Positions 11,241 to 25,900 of a stretch of DNA of 63,887 bases are shown here, one piece after another; the first letter of the stretch is position 1, and every line of letters starts with the position of its first letter. The DNA is from Rhina ancylostomus (lineage: Eukaryota). The position numbers and the translations under genes were made by a program. The stretch is from assembly GCA_030265395.1 (NCBI GenBank), contig JARFYF010000055.1, forward strand, positions 14,111,594 through 14,175,480, written 5' to 3'. A model generated the notes under the pieces. It did no database searches. It saw nothing but the letters and a program-made list of their open reading frames with translations, and was not told the origin of the DNA.

Positions 11241-13059
11241 GTTGGTCATACTAAAAAATGTTAATTGGAAAGTTGTAAAATGGTGAAAATTGTCAACTTT
11301 TGAGAGTCGATTGAAACTTTTGGGTATTAAGTGTTAAGTTTTTAATATATACATATACAATAAAATCTTTTCTTAAACCCTGGTAATCCTAATTTTGTCT
11401 GAATTTGATGACTTATAAATGTCACTAGAATTTCAGAAAATAATGAGGGATGTGAAATATTCAGTGTACTCTTGCACTGTAATCCCTTGCCCTGCAATTA
11501 TTAACATTTTAGATTTTGTCCTTCCAAGCTTGGGTAGCATCTGGAGAATATTTTGAGTTGTATTACAATAGGATGAAGCATTGAGAGAAATTTAAGGCGA
11601 TGAATTCAGGGTGTCACACAAGTATATCACATAATAAAAGTGTATTGGCTCAAATGTGATTTCTCTTTTCACTTATAGTTTGAAAAATAAAGCTAGTGAT
11701 GACAGCGCTGGCCATGTTAACATGAGATTTGAATCTAGCTACTTATATGGTTGAAGGAATTGTGTGGGTAAATTCATTAAAAGATTAGGATGCAGCTACT
11801 GAACAGCATTATGATGATTATCCATAATTATTCCTTACAAAACCATGTTTTCATTTTGCTGTGTCGTCACCAGTAGAAAAAGTTACTCAACACCTCACTT
11901 CAGTTGACTTTGACTCTAAGCTCTAGGCTGTGAATTAGTGCAAAAAATTCTTCTCTGGATTTAAATCTCTACGGTTTGCATTTTAGACCAGCCCCAACTG
12001 GACAGACTAAATGTTCTTAATGTATGAAAGGAATTTGGGGGCATCTCAGTTCCAGTTAGATTTTAATGGAGTGATGTGCAGTTGTACCTAATTTGGTATT
12101 GTGGCAATCTAAGAAGAAAGATCATAATGGCTGCAACAGTGGGAAACCATAGTTGGAGGGCAGTTTTCTTGAATAATAGATTACTTTAAGTTCTTTAAAT
12201 CCAAATGTAATGTCTATTTTAAATGTGTGTTAAATTCCCCACACTAATAGACTTCATAATAAGCATAAAAAAAGATAAACATGGATGTCTGAAGTTATAG
12301 TTTCATTATCTTGTCCAACAAGTCAGATATCATAGTTCGAATCAAAAGTAACAATATAAAAATGCATACCAAATGATGTACTCTGAGCAAGGCACTTGAT
12401 TCTTAGATTTCGTCAACTCCCTCCACCATTCAGGTACAGTGGCTGCAATAGCTGCCATCTGAAGATTGCAGTGTGATGCCTCTCAACCTTGAAATTGCAT
12501 CATTTAAAAGATCATGGGTAACAGATTGATAGGAACATCACTATCTCTCGCCATCTGACTTGGGCATGTACGATCGCTTCATTATTGCTGGTCATTATTC
12601 TTGAACTCAATTATCATACTTCCATTATTAAATTTGTAGCACCACCAAGCTCTCAACAGCAGCTAGAGATGTACTTGCAAATGGGGACCAAGTATATAAT
12701 GGCTAGTGAACACAGCAAAATTCACCTTCACCAGAATATGTCTTAAGGCATTCTAGTGCAAATAAAGTCAGCCAAACTCTCTATGACTACTGTCCTCCAT
12801 TCCAGGCAACATCCTGGTGAATCTATTCTGCACTCTGTTGTTACCACATCCTTCCTGTCTTATGACCAGAATTTTGCACAAATATTTCATAACATGGGTT
12901 GGAACATCCTGAGGATGCGAGCACTAAAAAATCACAAGTTCTTAATGGCCAGGATTACTGTTTTAACCACTATGCCAATAGCAAGATGATTGAGCTTTAG
13001 CTGTGCTAGACATTGCTGGTAAATTGTAGCAGCTGTATCAAGTGTGTTTAGAATAGGTA

Positions 13060-13347
13060 GGACAGTGGCATAGTTAGCAGAGCTGCTGCTTCAGCTCCAA
13101 GGTTGATTTCCAGTGCTCTGTATGGAGTTTGCACATTCTCCCTGTGACACTGTAGGCTTCTGGGTGCTCTGGTTTCCTCCCACGTCCCAAAGAGGTGTAT
13201 TGATGGGTTTGACTGACAGTGTGACTGGAAAATTCTGTGGGGGCAGGAGGGAAGTTGGCGTCGATGAGGAATTGATGTAGATGGGTACCTGATAGTGCAT
13301 GTAAACTTGTGTCTAAGGGCAGTTCACATGCTGTATAACTCTGATTA
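13060..13347 (+). mobile_element. HE1/V-SINE-like copy (decayed)
   Basis: TGGAGTTTGCACATTCTCCCTGTG...GGGTGCTCTGGTTTCCTCCCACGTCCCAAAG core. Confidence 0.8.
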
Positions 13348-15489
13348 TATCCCCGTAAAGTAGTACAGATTGAATAGTATGGATAATGGGTAGCTGGATG
13401 AGAACATGGGGGAAAAATGTATTCAATGGTTTGAGGGGTGGATTGATGCTAACATATAACTGACAGACCAGTTGAACCAAGTACCCTGTCTACAAATAAA
13501 TTCTGTATATTAAACGTAACATCTTGTTCAGTGCTTTGATGTGCTATATTGATGTCTAAATTAAGTTTGAATTAAACACTTTGAATTCCCAAGCAAAGTA
13601 AATTGTTATACTTCAGTCTAAAATGGCTGATTAAAAGCTTTGCTTAATCCTGTACATTTTTTTTTAAGAAGTACTGATGTGTTCTTTACAATGCAGTTTA
13701 ATACTATATTAGGGATAGGAGGCATTTTCTATATTTGCTTGCTGTTGCTTCACTGACTCTTTCAATTTTAAAGCCACACGTTGCTTTACTGAATCTTTCC
13801 AATTAATAAATTTATCAGTTTGGTCAGGCAGTGGAAACTTATGATGTAAATATTTAATAAACCTCTGCTATTGAGGGAGCTGTTTAAGAATGGAATGCTT
13901 TCCTCTACAAACAAGTGGAGTACAGCGTGAATTGGATGTCATCTGAAACCGACNNNNNNNNNNNNNNNNNNNNNNNNNNNNNNNNNNNNNNNNNNNNNNN
14001 NNNNAAAGGTGGATGCTGTTTTCTATGCAGTCTAACTATTCCATTTTTAATGCAGCTCATCTAAATTAGAGTGTAGTATTATGCTTTAAATGGGCATGGA
14101 TTGAAATTAATTTTGCATAAATGTCACCTTGGGCTGTCTTTACCATATAGGTTAGATTTAAGCACAAAGATGAACATTTTCGTACTTGTTCCAATATGAT
14201 TTTGCTGCTGGACTAGGTACAGTTCACCTGTCATTATACAGACTAGAAAATGCTGGTATTCTAGAGTGAACACATTGAAATCCAGCTAGTGCCTCTGGTG
14301 TCGCTCTACCTTATTGAAGGGAAATGTCTGATTCTGGTTTGGGTTTGCTCCTTCCAGCACAACTTTGGGATAAATGCAAAACTTTTAACGATGTTTAAAT
14401 ATTTAAATATGTTGAGCTCTAATCTGTTTTCCTGCAATATAGAGGATTAAGTTTAAATTTTATTTTTTGATAACTAAGAGGCTTAATCTTTGTTTATGAT
14501 TGGCATATTTAACTTTTCAGACATGTCCTGCTGCTCTGTTCTGGCCAACTTCAGATGAACTGTTCATTAGCCACTATATGCTTTGTCCTCATTTGCAAGT
14601 ACAGGGGTTTCTTGGTTATGAATGACCTGAATTGTGGAAATCTGACTTTACGCAATTTTTCTTCATACATTTTTGAAGCTACTAATAATAAAATATTTGA
14701 TGTTCATTAATGAATTGGATACAGTATATATTCCATTAGTATAATTATGGGTAGTGATTATGTGATTATTCAAAGAAATGAAAGAATTATAGCAAATGTA
14801 TGTAGAGAAATACAATATGGGTTACCATAGAAAATGGATATTTCTGACTTGCAAAAAAATTGGCTAATGGACATTTCTCAGGACTGGAGCTCTCGCATAA
14901 CTTGGGGGGGACTGCCTGTGTTCTGAAATCTCTTCAGCTCCTTATCCTGATTGTGATATTAAGAGAATACCACATTGTCAGAGAAGCTTTTTTGGAAGGT
15001 ATAACAGATCCCAAAGCACTAATTTAACAAAAATGGGTCTATAAAAAGATATTGACTCTGTGTTCTTGGAAGTTCTCTCTGTGTTTTGAGCCTCCTTGTA
15101 ACCTCTGCGATGCTTTCAATCCTTTCTAACTTTTCTAATGCTTGTAGTTGGCTTTTTCTCTATTAAACAAAGAAATGTTCCATATTTAGTAACTATATTA
15201 TGCAACATCTGTTAACCTATAAGAGATAAAAATAAGACGATGGATAATAGAAATTATTATGCCATAGGTTGTTAATGGTTCCATGAAGTATTCAAAGTTT
15301 TTTTGTTTTTGTGATTACCAGTTTTCTTATGTTAAGCAATAAGTCATGCCATGAAATGGGTGTCAATCCCAAGAAAACTGGAAATGCAGAAGGGGGCGGA
15401 GGGTGGGGTAAGAAACTGAGCACCACTTAACTACATATTATTAAAATGGGTTATGCAGTTGCTTGCAAAGCAAATGCGCATTCCTGCCT

Positions 15490-16330
15490 GTACCATTTGG
15501 AGAGTCATAGTCATATTGCAAGAAATGGGTCTTTTGGGTCACTATGTCCATGCAACCCATTGTACCTATCTATGCTAATCCCATTTACCCACGTTATGTC
15601 TGTAGCCTTCTATATCTTGGCGATTCAAGTACTTGTCTCAATGCTTCTTGAATGTTGTGGGAGTTTCTGCTTCCACCTCTTACGGCAGCACATTTCCAGA
15701 CTTCACCCTCTGCGGGGTGGGAGCGGAATAGCCCTCCAATCACCCACCAAACCTCCCACCTCTTGCATTCTCCCCTCTTGTCTTATAAATTCCCACACCC
15801 CCCTTCCCCCTCACCACTGCAATGAAGAAAAAGATGTTTGCTGCCTCCTAATTTTGTGTATCTGTATCAGGTTACACCTCTGCCTTCTCTGCTCCAGGGA
15901 AAACACATCCAGTCTTTCCTTATACCAAAATAATCCAATCATGGTACCATCTGATGAGTCTCTCTGCACCCTCTCTGACGCAATCACATAATTTCTATAG
16001 TGTGACAACCAGAACTCTTAGGTGTGCTAGCCAGTCTTTTATAAATGTGTAACATGAAGTCACAGCTCGTATAATCTATGTCATGGCCAATGAAGGCAAA
16101 CATTCCAAGTGCCTTCTTCACCAATTTATCCACCTGGTAATTTCAGGGATCTATGAATGTACCCCAAGGTCCCTCTGTTCATCAACCACAACCTTTGCGC
16201 TTACAATTTGCTTTGTACATGCTACCCTTATTTGCTTTCCCAGAAAGCATAAACTTGTATTCGTCAGGATTAAATTCTATTTGCTACTGCTTTGCCAAAT
16301 TTTGCCCAGCTGAACTATGTCATGCTTGCT
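15490..16330 (-). mobile_element. CR1-clade LINE 3' fragment
   Basis: Minus-strand peptide YKERLDVFSLEQRRQRCNLIQIHKI resembles CR1 ORF2 C-terminal ERLxxLGLFSLExRRLRGDLIEVYKI; CATAGTCATA tail. Confidence 0.8.
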
Positions 16331-19300
16331 TAAACAACCAGCTTTGGTATCGATATCACGAATTTCCATGTTGTCTGCAAATTTATCGTACCTTGCACAA
16401 TCAATCCAAGATGAAGAGACTGAGCAATTGTGGGGAGAAGCACTTGTTTGTGTCTTGTGCCATGCCCANNNNNNNNNNTTGTTTGAGAACCTTTTTTGGA
16501 TAGAGAATTAAAACGGCATAATGTTGTGCCCTTTTGACCTGTGGACATAGTTATACAGCACAGAAATGGGCCCTTTACTCCACCATATCTATACTGACCA
16601 CCAAGCACCCATCTGTACTAGTCCTTTTTACCTGCAATTGGTCTGTGACCTTCTGTGCTCATCTATGTACTTTTTTAAATGTGACGGTACCTGTCTGCAC
16701 CTTCTTGGGCAGTGCTTTAAAGATCGTAACTGCATCCTCTTACTGCACACCTTAAACCTTTGCCCTCTTGTATTAGACATCTATGTTATGGGGAAAATAC
16801 TACATGCTTGTCTGTGTCCCTCATGATTTTGTTAACTTTTTACCAGGTCACCCCCNNNNNNNNNNCCTGCTCCAAGGAAAACAAACCTGGCCTATCCATT
16901 CTCTTCCTCTTAATTGAAATGTTCCAAACCAGGCAACATCCAATGAAAACACTTCTGGCTTAAGTCTGACCATTCATCTGAAGTAAAAGAATGAGGCATT
17001 CATAATTGGTCCAAAATATTATCAATACTGTAATTGTGTACATTGAGATTCAACCATTATTTGACTTGCATTTTGCATGTCCCCCTCCCCCCAACCACTT
17101 GTGTTATATTCATGGCTGTTTAGCTAATTCTTGCCAGCTTTTAATTTTTTTGCCTGGTCTTTGGTAATTTTGCCATTGCATGAAGTTACATAACTAGTGT
17201 GTGTTCTGTGAAATGGGTCAGAAAATATTCTGAAAAGATCTGATTCATGTTTAACCTTGACTGAAAATTAAAAATTTAGTGAAATCTTCAATAAACAGAT
17301 CGTTTCATCAGTAATGATAGTTTTTACAATAGATTTTTTTTGTATAAAAAGTGTGCATGCAGAGCCTGCTATGTTCAGATTCAGGAGGCTGGCATCAGTA
17401 AGCTAATATGACCATTTAAGTTACTAACTGATTTTGACCACAGACTTATGGGTCCATAATTCCACTTGGTAGCTGTATGTGTTTGCCTCAGTGTTAAGCA
17501 AACTTGATTTAGTCAAGAAGAATGCATTTATCTGAGACCCAGTCCAAAATGGTTCCCTTGTTGATTTTGCCAATCACTTGGAGATTATGTTGTATCAGCA
17601 TTTTTGAGGAGTGCTTCTTGATTGTGTTTCTAAATATAACTTGTAAGATATTAAATCCCAAAAGCATTTCAGATGTTTGTGGGTATGGCATTCTATCGTC
17701 CATTTAATTTGCCTGCTCTCCCGCCAAATCTGTACATGTCTGTCTGCGGAATGATTCGCACACGTTAATTTGTGTATGAAGTAAAATCTAATGCTAAACA
17801 TAGTTAAGTATTAGGCATGCAGAAGGCTGTGAAGACGTCCAAGGAACCACCAGGTAACATTTATGATGTGCAAAGTCAGATGAATAGTACAGGGTAAATA
17901 TATCTGCCACAGCTGAGAAATAGTGTGCTATTTAAAAAACAATCAGTTAATAATTTGTCACAAATGTACTGTGAGATTCATTGTAACTGAAGCAAGGTGG
18001 TACAAATGCTGAGTATTTTCTGTGCCTCAAGTACATTGAGTTTCTGTGAATCCTTGTAATTGGTATTGCATGAAAGTTAGATTTTCATATCCTTGGGTGG
18101 AACAGAAACCTACAAGGTAGTTGGTAATACACTGGTTATACTTATGGAAAAACAAATGTGCATTGAGGTTCTGTAAGTGCAGTATTACATTTTTAGGAAA
18201 CAGAATCTTCAGTGATACTGTATCAGTTGAGAGAAAAATAAAGACTGGGTTGGAGGAGGACATTCTAAGGCAAGCGGTTGGTAAGAAATTATGTAGAATT
18301 AGGAAGAATTTGTCACTGAATTTCTGATTCATGTTTCAAATAAAGTTGTGGTGCTCTATAATTTATTAGTAATTATTGAAAGGTATTGATTGGGTTTGTG
18401 TGCAGTTATAGTCCAAAGTAATGTGTGAGGCTGGATTAGATAATACATGATGCTGTACCCCATGCAAAAAAAAATTGACCCAGTAAATTTCATTGTCATT
18501 GGGTAAAAGTTTTTTGTAGAAACAAGGCTACTTTTCTNNNNNNNNNNNNNNNNNNNNNNNNNNNNNNNNNNNNNNNNNNNNNNNNNNNNNNNNNNNNNNN
18601 NNNNNNNNNNNNNNNNNNNNNNNNNNNNNNNNNNNNNCTTCCACAGTTGGACTGAAGTCTCTCAGAATTGGGACACACTACCCAAAGTCAGTTTTAGTTC
18701 ATTATTGAATGAGCCAGCCACTTCCAAGAATGTAAAAGGTACTGGCCTGTAAACCATTTGTTATGGAAAAGCAAACTGGAGAATCTCCAAAGTAATTGTA
18801 CCTCTTGGGTGGCATTCATGCTGTAAATAAAACTTGCCCAATTATTTTTATCCTGTGTATATTAACCATGCTTTAAATGTAAGGTGCTTTAAAGAAATGA
18901 ATGCTGGAATCTAAAATGAAAATAAATCTAACTTCTTGGCAAATGCTAGAAAACTGCAAAACTCTAATACAAAATGGCCAAGGGCTCAAGCACAGGCCCT
19001 TTATTAGAACATCTGTTGGTGGGAAGTGTTTAATGGGAATGTCAAAACTGGAGATTAAATCCATTGCCTAATAAAAATCCATCAAAAAATATGGAATCAA
19101 GCCAGGTGGATTTGTTGTGATCTGAGCAAATAGCTTAAGTTTTAAGCTATTTGCTTTAGATTTTGCATTGACAATTGTGCATGTATGGTAGTAATGAAGA
19201 TAAAGTTGCTTTAACGAACTGTTATGCATGCATCAATGTTCAAGAATGCATCTTGAAACAATTGAGAAGAAATCCTCAACAAGAGCAGCCTTGCAGGCTT

Positions 19301-22300
19301 TATTTTGCTCCTTATAATAGAAAACAAATCTTGTATCCTGATATTTTTTTGAGTAAAGCAGCTGGTCATTGTAGACTAGCAGGCTCAGTACTGAAGCAAA
19401 TAAGTAGTGGAGGGGGAAGAAGAAATTGTTGTAGCAAAGGGCCAAAAAAGGAGTTATTAAATGGTATATTCAGCAAAATAAAGGTTGCCCAATTGCATCC
19501 TGTCAAAGAACCTCGTCAGCCTACAAGCCTGCTCCCGTCTCTTCCTGATTGTTTCAGGCAGTGTGCTTGAAGCATTAATACATTCAGAACTGCTTTTTAA
19601 AATCAACTTTTGTCGTCACTGCCATAGAGATGTGTGCACAATCAATACAGAATCTATGAGTAAAATCTTAAGGAACAGTGGAGGCTAAGTAAGCCCTTTA
19701 ACTTTTAAACTGTTTGCTTGGATCACACATAATCTGTCTGGTTTGGTTCCATGATGTTTGATGAAACCATCACCTAAGAAAAATTCAGTCTCTAGTTTAG
19801 TCATTCCTGTTAACCACTCTCCACCCCTTACCCTCCCACTTGAAACTTCTTTAGATTTTGAGAGTTGCAGATTTCTGTTTTCGGGTGAAGAATTCTTTCA
19901 TGAAACCTCTTTGAATAATCTAGTTCTAAGTTGAAGTTATGTCCCTTTGTTAAAGGATGATTTGATGAAGTTTCTTTATCATTTCATCTTCACAAAGTAC
20001 CTTATTACTACACCCAGTCTTCAAACCTCTGATCAATGGAAATGCAAGCCTATTCTGTTCTTCCTCTTTGTAATTTATTTACTCTGCAACACTCAATGTC
20101 ATCTGTAGCCAGAGACTAGCCATTGTGGTGCATCTGTACGTTTGGAATTTGTGGAAGTCACCAAAATCTTGCTAATTCTTCTTATTATCTTAAGAGACTT
20201 TTAGAAGATAGATTTGCTGGAAAGTAGCTAAGTACAAATGTAATAGGGTGGGATTAGTGAGAATGTTCCCACTTAAGGTCATAGTCAAAACTTGGGGTTG
20301 TGAATGTAGAGCAATAAATAATAAATCCATTGGGAATTTGGGTCAGACGTTACTCAGAGTTGGTAAGAATGTGGAATTTACTGCCACATGGACTAGTTGA
20401 GATGAACGGCATAGATGGTTTTAAGGGGAAACTAGAACAAGCACAGCAGGAGAAAACTTGAAGGATAAGATTCAAAGATTAGGCAAAGTAGGATGGGAAG
20501 ATTGTGTGCTGTATAAACACCAGCGTTAACCAGGTGGGTGTAACAGAGTCTCTGCTGTATGCTCAATAAAGCACTAAACCTTTAATTTCCTGAATATTCT
20601 GTGTATCTAGATTGTCTGTCTATGTCTGCGTGAATGTAATAGTCTACAATTTTGTTGCTTGAGAAAAGGATTAAAGTGAGAGGCTTGCACTTTAGCACCT
20701 TTCATTATCTCACAGTTCCCTATAGCAAATAAATCATTGTTTAATGTAGGAAAGGTGGCTATCAAATTGTGCATGAGTTTTGATGTTGGTAAAAGATGAG
20801 CATTGGACATGACACTGGGGAGAAGTCACCTGCTCTTCAATATGGTGCTTTGGGATCACCAGCATTCACTTGAGAGTAGACAACATTCAGTTTAAGACCC
20901 TGTCTGAAAGTGTAAATGGTACATATATGTTGATGCTACTGCTTCAAGGCCCAGAGCAATTCTAAAATCGCTTTTAAATATGCTTGTCCTCTGAACTATT
21001 GAGTTATAAACAAATACTCCTCCCACTGTTAAGTCAGCATTTATTTTTGAGCTGTTAAACTGTTTTCAGCATTTCTTAAACAATTCAACTATAACAGTGT
21101 AATTAATATTATCGTAAAAACATATTAAAATTCTATTATTTAGCACAACCACAAGTGTTTGTAGAAGTCTGGAGGCTTTGATCCACAGTAATCTGTCTAA
21201 AAACAATTATCCAGATTGAGTGGTTAGATTGCAATATTCTGGTTCAGCATTTGGGTAAGTCATATTTTTAAAACCAAACGTTTGGACATCTTTCAGAAAG
21301 AAGCTTCTAATTGTCCACACTGGAATAAATAATCTAAACCCCCACTTTAGCTTGAGAATCAAATGTTGAATTCCTCTTCCTTTTTCATCTCCATGGCTGC
21401 CCTGTGTTTGATCTGGTATTCCTTGGTCTGAAATGCCAGTAATCAAGCTTGAGTCCATGGAGGATCCAGAAAAATACCTGTTTGCCTGTAGGTGGGTGTG
21501 ATATGTTGAGTGAGCTACAATAGATTTTTAGCAATGGTTGCAATTTATTAATGGAGAAAACAACACCTAGGCAGGAACTGGAAAGTTGGTCATAAATTGA
21601 GTGATGCAGTTAATGTGTAAAGAAAGAACAACTACAATGCAGTAAGTAGTTAAAAGCAACTCTATCTTGCAAATAATTGGTTTCTTTGCTGTACATTGTA
21701 CTAATTATGTTGTATATTGTTAGAGAGTATTGCCTTTTATTCTGGTTTGCTCCATTTCCTCTTTTCACCCATTTTTCTATGGTTTTATCTCTGCACTTTC
21801 CAGTAGTTTTGTGTGCATCTTTTGTATGTGCACAGCTCATTTTGTTTGCTTACAAACATGAATTGGGTTCATACTGAGTATTTTTTTTCCTGGAAATAGA
21901 AGGAAGACCTAAGATCAGGTTGGTAAGTCTTGCAATATCTTCAAAGGGCCTTGGAACCAAATCGGGAAGAACCATCCAGTGAATGTTCAAATTTAAACTT
22001 TTGCTCAGTAATATGGGGTTAATCTAAGTTTGCCATGAGAGTACTTGTAGCATCCATAAATTTTCAAGTGCAAGTTTACCTCTCATGTTAGAGTCCATCT
22101 GTTTCCACCATGTGAAAATCAGACTAATAAATTTCTGACAAAGTATCTTTGACCTGAAGTGTTTACTCTAGTTCTTGTTCTACAGATGCTGCCTAACCTG
22201 AGATTTTCTATCCTTATTTCTGTTTTCAGAACCTTCTTAGGCAGTACATTCTAAATCCTGCCCAGTTCCTTTACCATTCAACTTAATTCTCTGTCCATCA

Positions 22301-22629
22301 TGGAATCTCTCTTTGCTCGATAGAATGTTTGTTGTCATCACCCAAAAAGACATGCCCAATTCTTTGGGTCTGAATTCAGGTGAGGTTGGTATAATCACCA
22401 ATAGGACTTGGTTTCATTCTACAGTGATACTGCTGAAGTTATTTGTTATAACTACATGGAGAAATTAGCTACTTATTCAACCAGTTCCACAATGGTTTGC
22501 AGAATTTTAGTTAGTTTGTTAGCCAAAAAGATACAATTGAAGTACTCTTGGTGAGCTAGTGAGGTTGACTAATTCAATGGTATCCTTAAGTTCTGTGGGC
22601 CTGTCTGGTATTGGATTACTTTAGCCTCT

Positions 22630-22985
22630 GGCAATAGAGAAATACACCACTTAAACAGGCCTTGCAGCCCATCAGGCCTGTGGCCATCAACCATCCATTT
22701 ACACCAATCCTGAATTTAATACCATATTTTATTCTCCCCATATTCTGATCAACTCTCCATACATTCTCATCAATTCCCCCATGCACATACACACTAGCGG
22801 CAATTTACAGTGGCCAATTAACCTACCAGCCTGCACTTCTTTGTACCGTGGGAAGAAGCCAGAACAGCTGGAGGAATTGCATGTGTTCAGCGGGAGAACA
22901 TGCAAACTCCATGCATATAGTACCTGAGGTCAGGATTGAACCCAGCTCTCTGGCATTGTAAGGTAGCAGCTCCACTACTGTACAA
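22630..22985 (-). mobile_element. HE1/V-SINE-like copy
   Basis: GGGAGAACATGCAAACTCCA...GTCAGGATTGAACCC is the reverse complement of the same core and B-box. Confidence 0.85.
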
Positions 22986-25900
22986 TTATGGTGATCAAGT
23001 TGAGGCATTTAAAATAGCTTAGAATACTTCATACTTTTCCTTTTGTGACAAAGAAGTCTAAGGATATGGAGGAGAAATATGGCTTTGACTGCCATTTTTA
23101 ATGGAGTCAGATGACCTAGGATACAACGTTCCAGTGCTCATATAAGTTTAGTGGTGGCATTCAATGCCCCTCATTGGCTCTTGCAAGAGTATGCTTAATA
23201 ATTGCATTATTATTGGTTTTTGGGTGAGTCATCACAATTGAGCCAGACCCCACCCTCGCCTGATAATACAGCACTGATCAATGGATAGTAATCAAGACAA
23301 GAAATTCTGCCTGTTTATTTAAATTGCATCCCATAGCAATTTCCTTTAGTAAAATGGGAATCTACTTGTAAATTGCGTTTTTTTTTCCCCTTGATAGTTT
23401 CCTGGACCAAATACACAAAGCCTTGGTGCTACATAAAAATTGAAAATCCATATGTAATTGGGTTGTTGATTTAGGATTTAAATACTAATGAGGTTAGGTG
23501 ACAATGTTTTCCAAATTTCCAAGCCCACAATCAAACAATATTAAAACAGGAAATCTGAAGTGCAAGTATAGAATTATGGAGATTTGAGGGCCAGAAGTTA
23601 CCATGGCTTGATCGCCATACCCTGGAGTGGGAATGAAGTTTGAACAGCCCTGGCGTGAAGGTCTGAACTATTGACTCAAAGGGTCTTTGCAGTTGGACCA
23701 CTGCCTATTATTTTAAACCTCATTGCACAGATGGGCTTTAATGCCTCTCATCACCAGGGATTTATGTTTTTTGAATTTCTGAAACTTGTCAGACAGAAAC
23801 TTAAGGTACGCATTCACGATCTCTGCTCCCACGGCTGGGGAATGGATATGTCAGCTGCTGAGATGCTTGAGGTCTAGCACTGGCTATGTCATTGCCAGGA
23901 TTCTGCTAAACTGTCTCCTCTTAGTGGCTAAAGAGTTGCTCCCTAAATTGTATTAGGGATTCCATCCATGTAGAAGCTTAATAGATGTGATCTTCATTGC
24001 GTGAAGTGCAGGTAGTTATGCCTGGCATCTTTTGACCTCGGAAGCCTTTGACTATCAATTGAGAGGAAATATGGAACATCTTGTACTTGGCTGACTACTG
24101 AAGTTCACCCCATCCTGTGTCTGTTTCATGATGCCATTTAAGCCACGATCTTAGCCATCGTGGCCAAAATGGAATCCATGCATGTTGCTGTTGAGAAAGG
24201 CTACATTGTTACCCCAATCCTTACTCAGTATTTCTCACCACATAGCTGTACCTTCCAAAGAAAAATTTCTCTGGAGTGGAGTAAATCTACAGGACACATT
24301 ACCTCCATCCAAACGATGGTCACCTCAACTATAGCTGCAAACTAACATCTGCCTATGTGTTCATTTTGAGGCTGAGCTCTAAGTCATGTTAAATCATTCA
24401 ATTCCACAAGACAAATATTTGTTACCAAACTGCCTGTACTGTACAATATAGGTGGATGAAGGGACCTTAAAACATTTGGATAGTTCCCCAAATTTAGGGA
24501 CCCACTTCTCAATGAAAGGTATCAATGAACCACCATTGCCTTCAGAGCACCAGGACAGCCATCGGTAGAAAAGTGTGCTTGAAGATCCAGCCCTCAAACA
24601 TAGCACCAAATAGCAGTAACTCCTGAGCTCCTGTGTGCTTCTGAGATGTAGGGTACCTAAAGCAGTGAAAGGATGTCACCAGTATTGTCTCTAAATTGTC
24701 CACATCCAATGGCAAAATAAGCAAGCCAGTATCAGAGTCCTCTTCTCAGCACTAAGAACTTAATTAATTTAGTTGGCTCATATGGTTAGGCCACATCATT
24801 TATGTGCCCAACACCATACTCCCAAAACACACTGTTAAGAGTTCCATCACAGCAAGAGAGCAGACAGGAAAATATTCAAACATTCTCAAAGCATAATATC
24901 CCCATTCACTCATAAGAATTCCTGGCCCATGTGTGCTTAAAGTGGAGGAGGAGCATTTGGGTGGCATTGAAATCCTTGTTCATTCTTCAGGAGCACACAA
25001 AACCCTAGTATAAATGATGGAATGAGATCATTGCCTCACAAGCTACTTGCTTGCTTGACCTGTCATGTATATCCTGCCCTACCTGTGGCAGAGGCTGCAG
25101 GTCCCATGTTGTCTCATTAGACACCACAGCGCATAAACAACTTGAATGGAAGCAAGTCATCCATGAACCCAAAGGACTATCTCATTAGGAGATCATTGTA
25201 CAGATTAAACAACTGCTCATGTTGATGGAAATATGTGAAAACACATTAAACTATATTCCATTATTTTGTTTTATTCCCTTTCAATCTGAACTTTTGTTTT
25301 GTGGCCACCGTTGTGCTTTATTTATGTACAGATATTGAGCATGTTTTGGTAGCAGGCACACTGCATTTTGAGCCTCTGAGAAGAACTAGGATCATAGACT
25401 TTCTTTCTTTATCCTTCCACTGTCTGTCAGAGTAGTTGAAAGCTCCAGCGCTAGGCTTGGATTTTTGACTTGTGGATAAGAAAGTTAACATTTGACTAGT
25501 GTGAAAACCCTGATTGCAAATACTGGTAAGGATAGGCAATTTGACTCCAAGCAGTGACAAAAGTAAAAGTGGCTAAGTTTAGACTGGCTTTGAAGGGAAA
25601 ATGGAAGGAAAAAGTTGGTCAAATCCAGAAATATGTTTTTTCTCTAATTTGTGTGATGCATTTCTTTTCTGCTGTAAATATACTCTCTGTTGCAAGCATA
25701 GGGATTTGGGGATTGTCCTGGAGTTGGTGCAGTAATGCAAGTGAGGTTTAACAAATGAGGAAAATTATTTTTTTCTTAACTTTTTAGAGTTTTAAGCTGT
25801 TATCGCTAAATGTTATACAAACAAATAGCCAAAATCAGCTCCAGTGCATCCTTACAAAACTTCAAGGATTATACAACATAGAAATTGAGAATCTCCTTCC

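Noticed and set aside
10007-11249. Antisense and alternate-frame ORFs over exon 4 (133, 197, 99, 97 aa)
   Set aside because: Shadow ORFs of the YTHDF2 coding sequence with no recognisable domains.
9630-11264. 544-aa ORF as a single-exon gene or retrocopy
   Set aside because: It is exon 4 with intronic overhangs. Splice sites at 9675 and 11240 and the four other coding exons are all present.
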